NCBI GenBank assembly: GCA_041651355.1
Contig: JBAZJK010000001.1
Location: 549,883-613,882 of the forward strand
Source of the DNA: Patescibacteria group bacterium
GTDB taxonomy: Bacteria; Patescibacteriota; Patescibacteriia; Patescibacteriales; UBA12465
DNA length: 64,000 nucleotides
Direction of reading: 5' to 3'
Shown here in pieces: positions 42,368 through 51,947 of this stretch. Below the pieces are notes generated by a model. The model worked only from the letters and a program-made list of their open reading frames with translations. It was not told the origin of the DNA and ran no database searches. The translations under genes were made by a program, and so were the position numbers. Position 1 is the first letter of the stretch, and each line of letters starts with the position of its first letter.

Positions 42368-45064
42368 TTAGAGAGCAGGGGCTTTTTCAATCTCTACCTC
42401 GCCTCGTCCATTAATCAAGACGGCGTCACGCCTTTTCAGTTCGCCGTTGATAATCTTAACCGCGACCACATCTTCGATCCGCTCCTGGAGGAGACGGCGT
42501 AAGGGCCGGGCGCCGAATTTAGGATCATAACCTAATTTCGATAAGATTAAAACCCCCTCCCTGTCAGCCTTCAAATCTATCCCCTGCCCCTCCAGATTCT
42601 TCTTGAATTTCTTGAGCATCAACTTAGTGATAGCAAAGACATTATCTTCACTTAAAGGCTTAAAGACGATAATGCCGTCAAAACGATTAATCAATTCCGG
42701 CCGCATCACCTTATTCAACTCATTATCGATCAGATTCTGCTTAATTACAGAAATATCCGCTTTTTCTTTAATGGCTTGCTGGATATACAAAGCCCCCACG
42801 TTCGAGGTGGCGATAATGATAGATTCAGAGAAACTAATCGTTCTCCCCTGGCCATCGGTCAGACGGCCATCATCCAACATTTGCAAAAACAGGTTTAAGA
42901 TATCTGGATGCGCTTTCTCCACTTCGTCTAAGAGGACGAGGGCGAAGGGTTTCTTCCTCACCGCTTCCGTCAAATAACCGGTAATGCCGTTAACATCACC
43001 GATCATCTTCCTGACGCTATCGGCATACTGATATTCGCTCATGTCGAGCCGAATCATATAAGCTTCGTTGCCGAAATATACTTCTGAAACCGTCTTAGCT
43101 AATTCCGTCTTACCCACGCCGGTCGGACCCAAGAAAAGGAAGCTGGCAATCGGACGCTGGCTATCGCGCAGCTCGGCGCGAGCGCGGCGCAAAGCATTGG
43201 ACACTGCTTCCACAGCCTCTTCCTGACCGATCATCCTTTTATGCAGGCTCTCTTCCAACTGCAACAATTTCTGGCCTTCACTAGCGCTAATCTTATTAGC
43301 TGGGATGCCGGTCATCTCAGCGATCGCTTGGGCCACCTCTTCACGAGTACAAATCGAACGTTCCGGATCTTCCTTGGCGGCCTTAGCGGCATTGGAAGCA
43401 GCGGCTTGTAGTAAGTCTATAGCTTTAACTGGCAGGAAACGATCATGGAGATAGCGGTGGGACATATCCACGGCTGCCTCAATCGCGTCATAAGCAAAAA
43501 AGATGCCATATTTATTTTCAAACCAGGCTACCTTGCTCTCCACTATCTGAATCGCCTGGTCGGCCAATGGTTCCTTCACTCCGATCGTGCTCAGGGCTTG
43601 GCCTAAAGATCTATTCTCAATATGCTTGCTATAATTTTCCGTAGTCGCGGTCGCGATACAAAAAACATTCTGCCTCTGCACGGCTTCAGCCAAAACCTCC
43701 GAGAGGTCGAGACTACCCTCGCCGCCATCGCTGATGCCGACCAGATTTTCGATATTGGAAATATATAGGATGATATTGCCGGCCCGATTAACTTCATTGA
43801 TGGCTGTCAGCAGCCTCTCTTGAGCTTGGGTCGGAGACGAGCCGCTAACTAAAGCCGGCGAATCTATTTCCACGAGACGTTTATCTTTTAAAAACTTGGG
43901 CACATCTTCCTGGACCATAAGCTGGGCAACGCCGTCGACGATCGCTTTCTTGCCGACACCGGGCTGACCGACCAAAAGGACGCCATTATGCCCGCTAGCA
44001 AAAGCCTCAAAGATCGCTTCGATCTCTTTTTTCCGCCCGACACAAATTTCTAAACGTCCATATTTAGCAGCTAAAGTCAGGTCATGAGAAAAGTGATCTA
44101 AGGTGGGAGTGGCGACGGCCGTATAAGAACGGTTCATGCCAGAACCGGGCTTGAGCGCCGCCATCTTGCGGAACTTACGGTAGCTATCGATTAGCTGCTG
44201 GTTAACCCGGAACCAAGTGATAACATTAGCAATTTTGCTATGGTTTATTTCTAAATCAAATAATATTTCCGCCAGCATCTCATCCTTCTGATCGCAGAAC
44301 ATGAGCAAGGAAAGGACGTCGATACTGGGTAACTTCAAGCTATGCGCTTCGATAAATGATAATATCAAAGCTTCCTGCAAAGCTGGGGCTACCCGGCAAT
44401 CCGCGCTTTCTTTTAAACTAGGGTCCACTAAATGCTTCTCAACTTTCTCTACTAGCTTTTTCGCATCGACCTTAAGGCGGATAAAGACATTTTGGACATC
44501 TTTGTTCTTTAACAGAACCCGAAATAGGTGAATTGCCCTGACTTCCGGCTGGCCGAAACGGCTAGCTAAAGCATAGGCTTCCTGTAGAGCCAAGCGGCTA
44601 TCCTCGTTTAAAGCCTGGGCGACGTTATATTTATCGCTGGCATCAGTTAGCGGCTTAGGATTATCAAGCAATTCCTTAAAATATTTATAATTTATCTTCT
44701 TAGTCTTAGCTCGACGCTCGCTCCGCCGGTAGATTAAAAATAAATCAAACCACAGAGACAGCAAGAAAAATAGAACCAAGACGTGCTGTTCGCGCCAAAA
44801 AAGCAACAGCCTTTGCCAGGAATTTATTAAATGGGCGCCATATTGGTAGAACCAAAGGACCAAGCTGATCCAACCAAAGACGGCGATAGCATAGCTGATA
44901 CCATTAACCAGGCGATCTAAGCGGTTCTTAGATTTTTGCAAAGCGGCCATGAGCGGCTTCAGATTTAATTCACAATATAAAAATAAGCCGGACCACCAGC
45001 GACCATAGGCTTTAAACTGGAGAGAATCGACAAACTGTTCATTTTTATCTTTAGACTCGGCCAT
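42368..45064 (-). CDS. membrane-anchored Clp/Hsp100-family AAA+ ATPase with degenerate first nucleotide-binding domain
   Basis: 898 aa from ATG 45064, which lies 2 nt after the upstream ORF stop. The track start is a TTG at 45121. Two N-terminal TM segments are ISYAIAVFGWISLVLWFYQY and VLVLFFLLSLWFDLFLIY, followed by Clp_N-like repeats. D1 has GQPGVGKK (Walker A T to K), ILYISNIE in place of ILFIDELH, and SLGQALS in place of ALERRFQ. D2 is intact: GPTGVGKT, LVLLDEVEKAHP, IIATSN, GARPLRR. Confidence 0.8.
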   Translation of the reverse strand: MAESKDKNEQFVDSLQFKAYGRWWSGLFLYCELNLKPLMAALQKSKNRLDRLVNGISYAIAVFGWISLVLWFYQYGAHLINSWQRLLLFWREQHVLVLFFLLSLWFDLFLIYRRSERRAKTKKINYKYFKELLDNPKPLTDASDKYNVAQALNEDSRLALQEAYALASRFGQPEVRAIHLFRVLLKNKDVQNVFIRLKVDAKKLVEKVEKHLVDPSLKESADCRVAPALQEALILSFIEAHSLKLPSIDVLSLLMFCDQKDEMLAEILFDLEINHSKIANVITWFRVNQQLIDSYRKFRKMAALKPGSGMNRSYTAVATPTLDHFSHDLTLAAKYGRLEICVGRKKEIEAIFEAFASGHNGVLLVGQPGVGKKAIVDGVAQLMVQEDVPKFLKDKRLVEIDSPALVSGSSPTQAQERLLTAINEVNRAGNIILYISNIENLVGISDGGEGSLDLSEVLAEAVQRQNVFCIATATTENYSKHIENRSLGQALSTIGVKEPLADQAIQIVESKVAWFENKYGIFFAYDAIEAAVDMSHRYLHDRFLPVKAIDLLQAAASNAAKAAKEDPERSICTREEVAQAIAEMTGIPANKISASEGQKLLQLEESLHKRMIGQEEAVEAVSNALRRARAELRDSQRPIASFLFLGPTGVGKTELAKTVSEVYFGNEAYMIRLDMSEYQYADSVRKMIGDVNGITGYLTEAVRKKPFALVLLDEVEKAHPDILNLFLQMLDDGRLTDGQGRTISFSESIIIATSNVGALYIQQAIKEKADISVIKQNLIDNELNKVMRPELINRFDGIIVFKPLSEDNVFAITKLMLKKFKKNLEGQGIDLKADREGVLILSKLGYDPKFGARPLRRLLQERIEDVVAVKIINGELKRRDAVLINGRGEVEIEKAPAL

Positions 45065-45066
45065 AA

Positions 45067-45432
45067 TTATAAGAATTGCAAAATGATAGCGACTAAGAGT
45101 CCGACGGGAAATAGCAACCAAACAGCTAGCGCCAGCACGCCGATAACTAAGACGACCAGCATAGCTAGCCCGCGGTAAATTATCTGGATCAAGCGGATGA
45201 TAAAGCTGATCATGCGACCGGCGAAATCATGCTGGCCGTACATCGGCACAAAAATGTTCTTGACCCAAACCAAAAAACCCAAGGCGGCTTCTTGGTTATG
45301 CCAAAATTCGAGAACCTTCTTGGCAAAACGCCAAAAACCAAGCGTGTACCACCACAGAGGAAAATACAAAAACTCCCAGACCACCTGCAGGGAAACTTTG
45401 GCGCCGTAAGTCAAAAAATTGTGCTTAAACAT
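45067..45432 (-). CDS. hypothetical small membrane protein (121 aa, 3-4 TM segments) translationally coupled to the Clp paralog
   Basis: ORF with an ATG start. Its stop is 2 nt before the ATG of the downstream Clp-like gene. It is Trp/Phe-rich and hydrophobic. No motif recognised. Confidence 0.55.
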   Translation of the reverse strand: MFKHNFLTYGAKVSLQVVWEFLYFPLWWYTLGFWRFAKKVLEFWHNQEAALGFLVWVKNIFVPMYGQHDFAGRMISFIIRLIQIIYRGLAMLVVLVIGVLALAVWLLFPVGLLVAIILQFL

Positions 45433-45462
45433 GAGAACTCGATAATTAATCTAGCTAAATTT

Positions 45463-45471
45463 ATTATACCA
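45463..45471 (-). promoter_or_regulatory. extended -10 element (TGGTATAAT) upstream of the 121-aa ORF
   Basis: Plus-strand attatacca at 45463-45471 reads TGGTATAAT on the minus strand, about 30 nt upstream of ATG 45432. Confidence 0.35.
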
Positions 45472-45504
45472 TAAAATAAAAAAACCGACAGCTTGAAAAC
45501 CGGA

Positions 45505-45533
45505 TTGACAAGCTCTGCGAGCTATATTATATT
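45505..45533 (+). promoter_or_regulatory. sigma70-like promoter TTGACA-17-TATATT for clpB
   Basis: TTGACA at 45505-45510 and TATATT at 45528-45533, immediately upstream of the CIRCE element. Confidence 0.6.
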
Positions 45534-45537
45534 TAAT

Positions 45538-45564
45538 TTAGCACTCAAAGCGAAAGAGTGCTAA
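45538..45564 (+). promoter_or_regulatory. CIRCE operator (HrcA binding site)
   Basis: TTAGCACTC-AAAGCGAAA-GAGTGCTAA is a perfect match to the CIRCE consensus TTAGCACTC-N9-GAGTGCTAA. It lies 5 nt after the -10 and 35 nt before the clpB ATG. Confidence 0.85.
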
Positions 45565-45598
45565 AAACTAAGCGAATAATATCTATAAAAATATCAAT

Positions 45599-48235
45599 AT
45601 GTTTAATAAATTTACCGATAAATCACAAGAGGCGATTATCAACGCCCAAGCAATCGCTCATGAAAACGGCCAAGCCAACATTGAGGCTCTCCATATTCTT
45701 CTTTCCCTCTTGGGCCAGAACGAAAGCATCGTTCGTTCAATCCTAGAAAAGATGAAAATCGATCCGGAAATGATTGAACGCTATGCCGCCGAGGAAATAA
45801 AGAAACTACCTCGCACTAACACCCCGAAGAATCCCGGCCCCATCCAGACCGTTTCCGGAACTAACGAGACTGCCTTCATCTTAGAACGGTCTCAAAAAGA
45901 GGCTGACGGCTTAGGCGATGAGTTCATCTCGACCGAACACATCTTTTTAGCCCTGATCGGTATTCCCTCTAATGCCCAGAATATCTTGTTAAGATTCAAG
46001 GTCGCCTATGAAACGGTTAAGACTATCTTAAACGAACTTCGCGGCGGCCAGACTATCACCGATCCTTTTCCGGAAAACAAGTTCAAAGTCTTGGAAAAAT
46101 ATACTACCAACCTGACCGAACTGGCGCGCCAAGAAAAACTTGACCCGGTCATCGGGCGCGACACGGAAATCCGCCGCATCATGCAAGTTCTCTTGCGCCG
46201 CACCAAGAACAACCCGGTACTGATCGGCGAAGCTGGAACCGGCAAGACCGCCATCGTTGAGGGCTTAGCACAGAGAATCGTGGCTGGTGATGTGCCAGAA
46301 AATTTAAAAAACAAAGAAATAGTCAGTCTAGACTTAGGGGCGATGGTCGCCGGAGCTAAATTCCGCGGCGAGTTCGAGGATCGCCTGAAGGCCGTACTTA
46401 AAGAAGTTAAAAACCAGAACGGGCGCATCATACTTTTCATCGACGAATTGCATACTTTAATCGGGGCTGGCGCTTCCGAAGGCTCAATGGACGCATCCAA
46501 CATGCTTAAACCAGCCTTAGCACGTGGCGATCTCCGGACTATCGGCGCCACTACAACCAAGGAATACCAAAAATATATCGAGCGCGACGCGGCCCTAGAA
46601 AGACGCTTCCAGCCAATTTACGTATCCGAACCGAGCTTAGAGGATACGATCGATATGCTGCGCGGCTTAAAAGAGAAATATGAAGTCCATCATGGCGTCA
46701 GGATTACAGACAACGCCTTGATCGCCGCAGCTAAATTATCCCAAAGATATATTTCCGACCGCTTTCTGCCGGATAAAGCGGTTGATTTGATCGATGAAGC
46801 AACCTCTTCCCTGCGTATGGAGATAGATTCCATGCCTGATGAACTCGACCAGATCAAAAGAAAGATCAAACAGCTAGAGATTAACAAAGCCGGGCTTATC
46901 AGCCAAGAAAATAAATCCCCCAAACTTCGTGCCATCAACGCCGAACTGGCCAAGCTGAAAGAACAGGCGAGCCAGTTGGAATTGCATTGGAACAACGAAA
47001 AAAATATCATTTCCCAGATTAGAAACTCCAAGAAAGAAATTGATGACTTGAAGATTAAGGCGGAAATAATCCAGCGCCAGGGAGCTGATTTAACTGAAGT
47101 GGCTAAGATAAGATACGGTTTGATTCCTGAATTAGAACAGACCATAAAGATCCAGCAAGCTGAACTCCTGAAAATACAGAAAAAAGGACAAAGGATCCTA
47201 AAGGAAGAAGTAGATGAAGAAGACATCGCCAAGGTAGTAGCGCGCTGGACCGGAGTGCCGGTCAATAAGATGCTGGAAAACGAAATCAAAAAACTCAGTC
47301 AGGCTGAGCAAGAGTTAAGCCAGGAAGTTATCGGCCAAGATGAAGCGATCAAGGCGGTCGCTAATGCCCTGCGTCGTTCCCGCGCTGGAATCAGTGAAGA
47401 AAAAAAACCGATCGGTTCATTCATGTTCATCGGCCCTAGTGGTGTCGGCAAGACTGAACTAGCTAAGACTCTGGCTAAATTCATGTTCAACAACGAAAAC
47501 GCTTTAATCCGCCTAGATATGAGCGAATTCATGGAAAAGCACAGCGTCTCAAAATTGATCGGTTCACCTCCGGGCTACATCGGCCATGACGAAGGCGGAC
47601 AATTAACCGACAAGATAAGGCGTCACCCCTACAGCGTCATCCTCTTCGATGAGATTGAAAAAGCTCATCCCGATACTTTTAATATCCTGCTTCAAATATT
47701 GGATGACGGCCGACTGACGGATTCTAAAGGCCGTGTCGTCAACTTCAAAAACACCATCATCATCATGACTTCCAATTTAGGCAATGAGGTCATCAAACAA
47801 TATTCCATCGGTTTTAGCGACCACTCGGACCAAGAAAGGAGCCAGACTATCAGAACCGAAGAAATGAAAGAAAAAATAGACAAGATACTTAAAGAAAATT
47901 TCAAATTAGAATTCTTGAACCGGATCGATGAAATCGTGCTTTTCAAGAGCTTGAGCTCGGATGCCTTAGAAAGGATTGTTGATCTAGAACTAAGCAAGGT
48001 GGAGGCGCGCTTGAACTTGAAAAACATCCAGCTTAAAATCGGCGCTAAAGTAAAAAAATTACTAGCCGAGAAAGGCTATGATATCAGCTACGGTGCCCGA
48101 CCTCTAAAAAGAGTTATCCAAAGCCTGATTTTAGACGAACTGGCCCTAGAAATAATCGAGGGCAAGATCAATGCTGGCGATAAAGTAAGGATTGACCTGG
48201 GTGAACGGGAAAAAATTTCTCTGAAGGTGGCATAA
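45599..48235 (+). CDS. clpB: chaperone ClpB (Hsp100 disaggregase)
   Basis: 878 aa. D1 has [18 protein letters not shown] and [15 protein letters not shown] long coiled-coil M-domain follows. D2 has [28 protein letters not shown] and YGARPLKR. Confidence 0.97.
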   Translation: MFNKFTDKSQEAIINAQAIAHENGQANIEALHILLSLLGQNESIVRSILEKMKIDPEMIERYAAEEIKKLPRTNTPKNPGPIQTVSGTNETAFILERSQKEADGLGDEFISTEHIFLALIGIPSNAQNILLRFKVAYETVKTILNELRGGQTITDPFPENKFKVLEKYTTNLTELARQEKLDPVIGRDTEIRRIMQVLLRRTKNNPVLIGEAGTGKTAIVEGLAQRIVAGDVPENLKNKEIVSLDLGAMVAGAKFRGEFEDRLKAVLKEVKNQNGRIILFIDELHTLIGAGASEGSMDASNMLKPALARGDLRTIGATTTKEYQKYIERDAALERRFQPIYVSEPSLEDTIDMLRGLKEKYEVHHGVRITDNALIAAAKLSQRYISDRFLPDKAVDLIDEATSSLRMEIDSMPDELDQIKRKIKQLEINKAGLISQENKSPKLRAINAELAKLKEQASQLELHWNNEKNIISQIRNSKKEIDDLKIKAEIIQRQGADLTEVAKIRYGLIPELEQTIKIQQAELLKIQKKGQRILKEEVDEEDIAKVVARWTGVPVNKMLENEIKKLSQAEQELSQEVIGQDEAIKAVANALRRSRAGISEEKKPIGSFMFIGPSGVGKTELAKTLAKFMFNNENALIRLDMSEFMEKHSVSKLIGSPPGYIGHDEGGQLTDKIRRHPYSVILFDEIEKAHPDTFNILLQILDDGRLTDSKGRVVNFKNTIIIMTSNLGNEVIKQYSIGFSDHSDQERSQTIRTEEMKEKIDKILKENFKLEFLNRIDEIVLFKSLSSDALERIVDLELSKVEARLNLKNIQLKIGAKVKKLLAEKGYDISYGARPLKRVIQSLILDELALEIIEGKINAGDKVRIDLGEREKISLKVA

Positions 48236-48247
48236 AAATCCGATTCA

Positions 48248-48281
48248 TAAAAACCCTGTTTTCTCAGAAACAGGGTTTTTG
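48248..48281. terminator. strong bidirectional intrinsic terminator
   Basis: AAACCCTGTTT (48251-48261) pairs with AAACAGGGTTT (48268-48278), an 11-bp stem with a 6-nt loop. A-run and T-run flank it. It lies between convergent clpB and the 150-aa ORF. Confidence 0.85.
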
Positions 48282-48300
48282 TAATTCTTGCCGCTAGGCT

Positions 48301-48753
48301 TTATTCATAATGATCAATGATAACCATGATTGCCAAAGAAACGAGAAGCAGGTTAGTAGCCGCTAAAGCGATAAGCTTAAAGCGATTAATTCCGCTAGAA
48401 TATTTGAGCTCCCTGAAATAAGCATCCTCCAGAACGAAGTGGTTGAAAAGTCTGCACACCAGGGCGCCGGCCACGAGAGTACTGATATACAGCCAGGGCC
48501 AGGCGATCATAGGAGACCCAATGAACCAATTCACGAAATCTAGACCGCTGAAAGATATCACCGGTAGCAGGGTCGGAATGAGTACTAAGCGGTAAGCTTT
48601 GTCCCCGTCATATTCAAAAAATAAGACTAGACAAAACAAAAGCAAATTTATTATCCAGAAGGCAGCGGCGCTGAAAACCCAGCGGGTCAGAAGGAAAAAC
48701 AAGATGATCAAGCAAAAATCAGCAACTAAGGAAAAAGCGATTAATCTTTTCAT
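48301..48753 (-). CDS. hypothetical membrane protein (150 aa, 4-5 TM segments)
   Basis: Hydrophobic ORF with an ATG start. No motif recognised. Confidence 0.5.
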   Translation of the reverse strand: MKRLIAFSLVADFCLIILFFLLTRWVFSAAAFWIINLLLFCLVLFFEYDGDKAYRLVLIPTLLPVISFSGLDFVNWFIGSPMIAWPWLYISTLVAGALVCRLFNHFVLEDAYFRELKYSSGINRFKLIALAATNLLLVSLAIMVIIDHYE

Positions 48754-48840
48754 GGTATATAGTTTTTTATTGATAATACGAATTTAAAAAGAACCAGGTA
48801 ATAAATAATTTAACCATTATCATTGTCGATTGTCAATACT

Positions 48841-48869
48841 TTGTCTTAAAACCACAAATATATTATAAT
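48841..48869 (+). promoter_or_regulatory. sigma70-like promoter TTGTCT-17-TATAAT
   Basis: TTGTCT at 48841-48846 and TATAAT at 48864-48869. The -10 overlaps the first ATG (48868) of the track ORF, which argues that translation starts at the second ATG (48892). Confidence 0.5.
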
Positions 48870-48891
48870 GAAGGGAGTAAATAAAATAATT

Positions 48892-50361
48892 ATGAAATAT
48901 CAAAAATCCATCATCTTGGCTATTTTGTTTGTTGGCTTATGGGGATTAAGTGCCCAGGCCCAAGGAGTGATTGACCCTAATTTCAATCCTAATTACATCA
49001 TTTCAGACGAAGACCTATACCAATACAACAGCCTAAGCCTAGAAGAAATCCAAAACTTCCTTAGGAACAAGGGGAGCTACTTAGCTAATTACCAGACTTT
49101 AAATACCCACGGAACCCTGAAATCAGCGGCGGAAATAATCTATGATGCTGCTAATAATAACTTTGATTGCAGCGGCGTCGCCCTGAGCGATAGTCCGACC
49201 GAGGCAGAAAAATCTTTGAAATGCCGACACATCACCACGATTAACCCTAAATTCTTATTAGTACTGCTGCAGAAAGAAGCCAGCTTAATCGAAGACCCTA
49301 GCCCCAGCCAATCCCGGCTCGACTGGGCGACTGGTTATGGCTGCCCCGATAGCCTGGCCTGCAACCCTTATTACAAGGGCTTCGGCAAGCAAGTTAACAG
49401 TGCTTCGCTCCAATTCCTAGCCTACATGAATGAACCGCAAAATTATTCTTACAAAGCCGGACAGACCTACATCTTCAAAAATAATTACGGCAGCATTTCC
49501 AGCGATCCGGTAACGGTCACCCCCAGCAACCGGGCAACAGCTGCTTTATACAATTATACCCCGCACGTTTTCAACGGCAATTACAATTTTTATAAGATCT
49601 GGCAAAGATATTTCCCGACCAAAATCCAGCGCTACCCCGACGGTTCGCTGCTTCAGGTCAAAGGCGATAATAGCGTCTTCTTAATTGAAGGCGGAAAGAA
49701 ACGCCCATTCGCTGGCAAAGCCGTCCTCCTTTCTCAATTCAATCTTAACCAGATTATCACGGTCGACCTAGGGACTTTAGACAGCTACGCCTCCGGCACC
49801 CCGATTAAATTTCCTAACTACTCCCTGGTAAAATCACCTAAGAATAATGTCTATCTTCTAGTGGGCAAAGAGAAAAGAGGCATCGTCAGTTGGCCGGTCT
49901 TTAAGAAAATAGGTTTCAACCCGGCAGAGATAATCGATGCGACCACGGAGGAATTAGCGGCCTACCAAGATGGTCCGAACATTACTGCCACTTCCACCTA
50001 TCCCTTAGGAGCTCTACTGCAAGACACTAAAACTGGTGGCATTTATTTCGCGGAAAATGGAAACAAGGCGCCTATCTTAGATAAACAGATAATCGACTTA
50101 AAATTCAAAGGCAAAAAAATCATCAAAACCAACGATAAAGAATTAAAGAACTACAAGACGATCGACCCGATCCTTTTAGACGACGGCGCTCTGGTCAAAT
50201 CTAATTCCAACGAAACGGTCTATCTTATCTCTAATGGACAGAAAAGGCCTTTCGCCAGTCTCGAAGCTTTGAAACAGCTGGGTTATAAAGTGGAAAATAT
50301 CCTAAACATTTCTCCCCAACTTCTCTATCATTACCCACTGGGCAGTCTAATTAACAGTTAA
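48892..50361 (+). CDS. secreted repeat protein (hypothetical)
   Basis: The signal peptide is MKYQKSIILAILFVGLWGLSAQA. The C-terminal half has four degenerate repeats of about 60 aa of the form (V/I)Y(L/F)(I/L)..G.KR.(F/I)....(L/F)...G(Y/F). The maximal ORF starts at 48868. Confidence 0.6.
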   Translation: MKYQKSIILAILFVGLWGLSAQAQGVIDPNFNPNYIISDEDLYQYNSLSLEEIQNFLRNKGSYLANYQTLNTHGTLKSAAEIIYDAANNNFDCSGVALSDSPTEAEKSLKCRHITTINPKFLLVLLQKEASLIEDPSPSQSRLDWATGYGCPDSLACNPYYKGFGKQVNSASLQFLAYMNEPQNYSYKAGQTYIFKNNYGSISSDPVTVTPSNRATAALYNYTPHVFNGNYNFYKIWQRYFPTKIQRYPDGSLLQVKGDNSVFLIEGGKKRPFAGKAVLLSQFNLNQIITVDLGTLDSYASGTPIKFPNYSLVKSPKNNVYLLVGKEKRGIVSWPVFKKIGFNPAEIIDATTEELAAYQDGPNITATSTYPLGALLQDTKTGGIYFAENGNKAPILDKQIIDLKFKGKKIIKTNDKELKNYKTIDPILLDDGALVKSNSNETVYLISNGQKRPFASLEALKQLGYKVENILNISPQLLYHYPLGSLINS

Positions 50362-50365
50362 AATT

Positions 50366-51160
50366 ATGCCGATCGTCAAAGCTGCTCTCCTGCCCCATTC
50401 CCCTTTACTTATACCGGAAATAGGAAAAAGTAACCAAAGCCTATTACAAAAAACCAGGGATGCTTATCAGGAAATCATTGCTGATTGCCAAGAAAAAGAA
50501 GTTGACACCATCGTCATCCTGTCACCGCATGGTCCGATCCAAGATAATTTCTTTACGATTAACATCGCCCCTGATTTTTCCTTAGACTTAAGCCAATTCG
50601 GTTATTTGAATAATAAAAAAATCCCAGGTGATACGGCTTTGGCCTATCATCTTAAGCAGACCCTCAAGCAGGATTTTCCCATCCAACAAATTACTGTCAA
50701 CCCGACTGATTACGGTAGCGCCATCCCCCTGCACCTCTTTCAAGCCGCTATCCCTAAATTAAAGACTATAATCATCTATCACTCCCGCTTAGATTTGGAA
50801 ACTCACCACCGTTTCGGTTTGCTCTTGGGTGGATTCTTGCAGACCCAAGCTAATAATATAGCCGTCATCGCTTCGGGCGACCTTTCCCACCGCCTCAAAA
50901 AAAGCTCCCCGGCCGGTTATTCACCCAAAGGAGCTAAATTCGATAACAAAATAATCGAATACCTAAACGACCCAGAGAATGGACGGGATAATCTGCTCAA
51001 AATTGATGCGAACCTAAGCAAGGATGCCGGAGAGTGCGGCCTGAAAGCGATTGTCATCTTAACTGGCCTTTTGGAAAATTTCCCGCATGAAGCCAAGGTG
51101 CTAGCCTACCAGACCGATTTCGGTATCGGCTACCTAAGCATGGACTTCTTACTAAAATGA
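50366..51160 (+). CDS. class III extradiol dioxygenase (LigB/MEMO-like) family protein
   Basis: 264 aa. AALLPHSPLLIPEIG, ILSPHGP and ASGDLSHRL resemble the metal-binding His motifs of the LigB superfamily. The call is from memory. Confidence 0.5.
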   Translation: MPIVKAALLPHSPLLIPEIGKSNQSLLQKTRDAYQEIIADCQEKEVDTIVILSPHGPIQDNFFTINIAPDFSLDLSQFGYLNNKKIPGDTALAYHLKQTLKQDFPIQQITVNPTDYGSAIPLHLFQAAIPKLKTIIIYHSRLDLETHHRFGLLLGGFLQTQANNIAVIASGDLSHRLKKSSPAGYSPKGAKFDNKIIEYLNDPENGRDNLLKIDANLSKDAGECGLKAIVILTGLLENFPHEAKVLAYQTDFGIGYLSMDFLLK

Positions 51161-51161
51161 T

Positions 51162-51416
51162 ATGTCCGATTTTAATTCATTCCAAGACATCCTGAAAAAT
51201 AAAAAAAATATCAAAGCGCCCGCCTATCCCTGGCAAGACCTAGCCTTGAGGATCATCAAAGAATTAGGCATTCCTAACTTCAAACGCTCAGCCGTTTTCA
51301 AGGTTTGCAAAGACAAGTCGCCCCATATCATCGAAAAAGCCCTGATTGACACTAAGGAATTATGCCAGAGCGGGCAAAAATGGAAATACTTCTTTAAAAT
51401 TATCGATCAAGAATAA
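51162..51416 (+). CDS. hypothetical protein (84 aa)
   Basis: ORF with an ATG start 1 nt after the preceding stop. It is basic. No motif recognised. Confidence 0.5.
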   Translation: MSDFNSFQDILKNKKNIKAPAYPWQDLALRIIKELGIPNFKRSAVFKVCKDKSPHIIEKALIDTKELCQSGQKWKYFFKIIDQE

Positions 51417-51429
51417 AAATTAATCATCT

Positions 51430-51900
51430 ATGGCCAAAGTCCTAAAAATAATAACCCACCCCAACCCCATACTTCGAAAAAAATCCGCCGAGATTTCTTT
51501 ATCAAAAATTAAAGATCCGGAAATACAAAAACTCTTGCTAGATATGGAAAAAACCATGATCGTAAAAGATGGCGCCGGCCTAGCCGCCCCGCAAATCGGA
51601 AAAAACATCAGACTAATCGTTATCGCCCACAATGGAAAGAATCTTTTCCTGATTAACCCGAAGATCACCCGTCGTTCTTGGGCTCAGGAAATAGGCGAAG
51701 AAGGCTGCTTATCAGTCTTAGGTCCTCAGGGAGAAATAATCTATGGACCAGTCAAGCGACACAAGAAAGTCAGCTGTCTCTATTTTGATAGCCAGGGGCA
51801 GAAACAAAAACTCCAGGCTGAAAATCTCTTAGCCCGGGTCATCCAGCACGAAACAGACCATCTAGACGGCGTTCTCTTTATCGACCGCTTAGAAAAATAG
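51430..51900 (+). CDS. def: peptide deformylase
   Basis: 156 aa. The motifs are GAGLAAPQIG, EGCLS and QHETDHLDG. Confidence 0.95.
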   Translation: MAKVLKIITHPNPILRKKSAEISLSKIKDPEIQKLLLDMEKTMIVKDGAGLAAPQIGKNIRLIVIAHNGKNLFLINPKITRRSWAQEIGEEGCLSVLGPQGEIIYGPVKRHKKVSCLYFDSQGQKQKLQAENLLARVIQHETDHLDGVLFIDRLEK

Positions 51901-51913
51901 TATTCTGCTTTTC

Positions 51914-51941
51914 AAAAAAGGCCGCCAGCAGGCGGTCTTTT
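51914..51941. terminator. bidirectional intrinsic terminator between def and the DedA gene
   Basis: GGCCGCC (51920-51926) pairs with GGCGGTC (51931-51937) across loop AGCA. A6 lies on the left and TTTT on the right. Confidence 0.7.
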
Positions 51942-51947
51942 ATCAGG

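Noticed and set aside
46006-48027. Four long minus-strand ORFs (184, 199, 77 and 111 aa) inside clpB
   Set aside because: They are shadow ORFs antisense to a full-length, motif-perfect clpB. Their Ser/Leu/Arg-rich, low-complexity composition is typical of antisense frames. The same reasoning rejects the track's antisense ORFs inside gyrB, eno, pgk, dnaB, the ABC/MFP genes and the Clp paralog.
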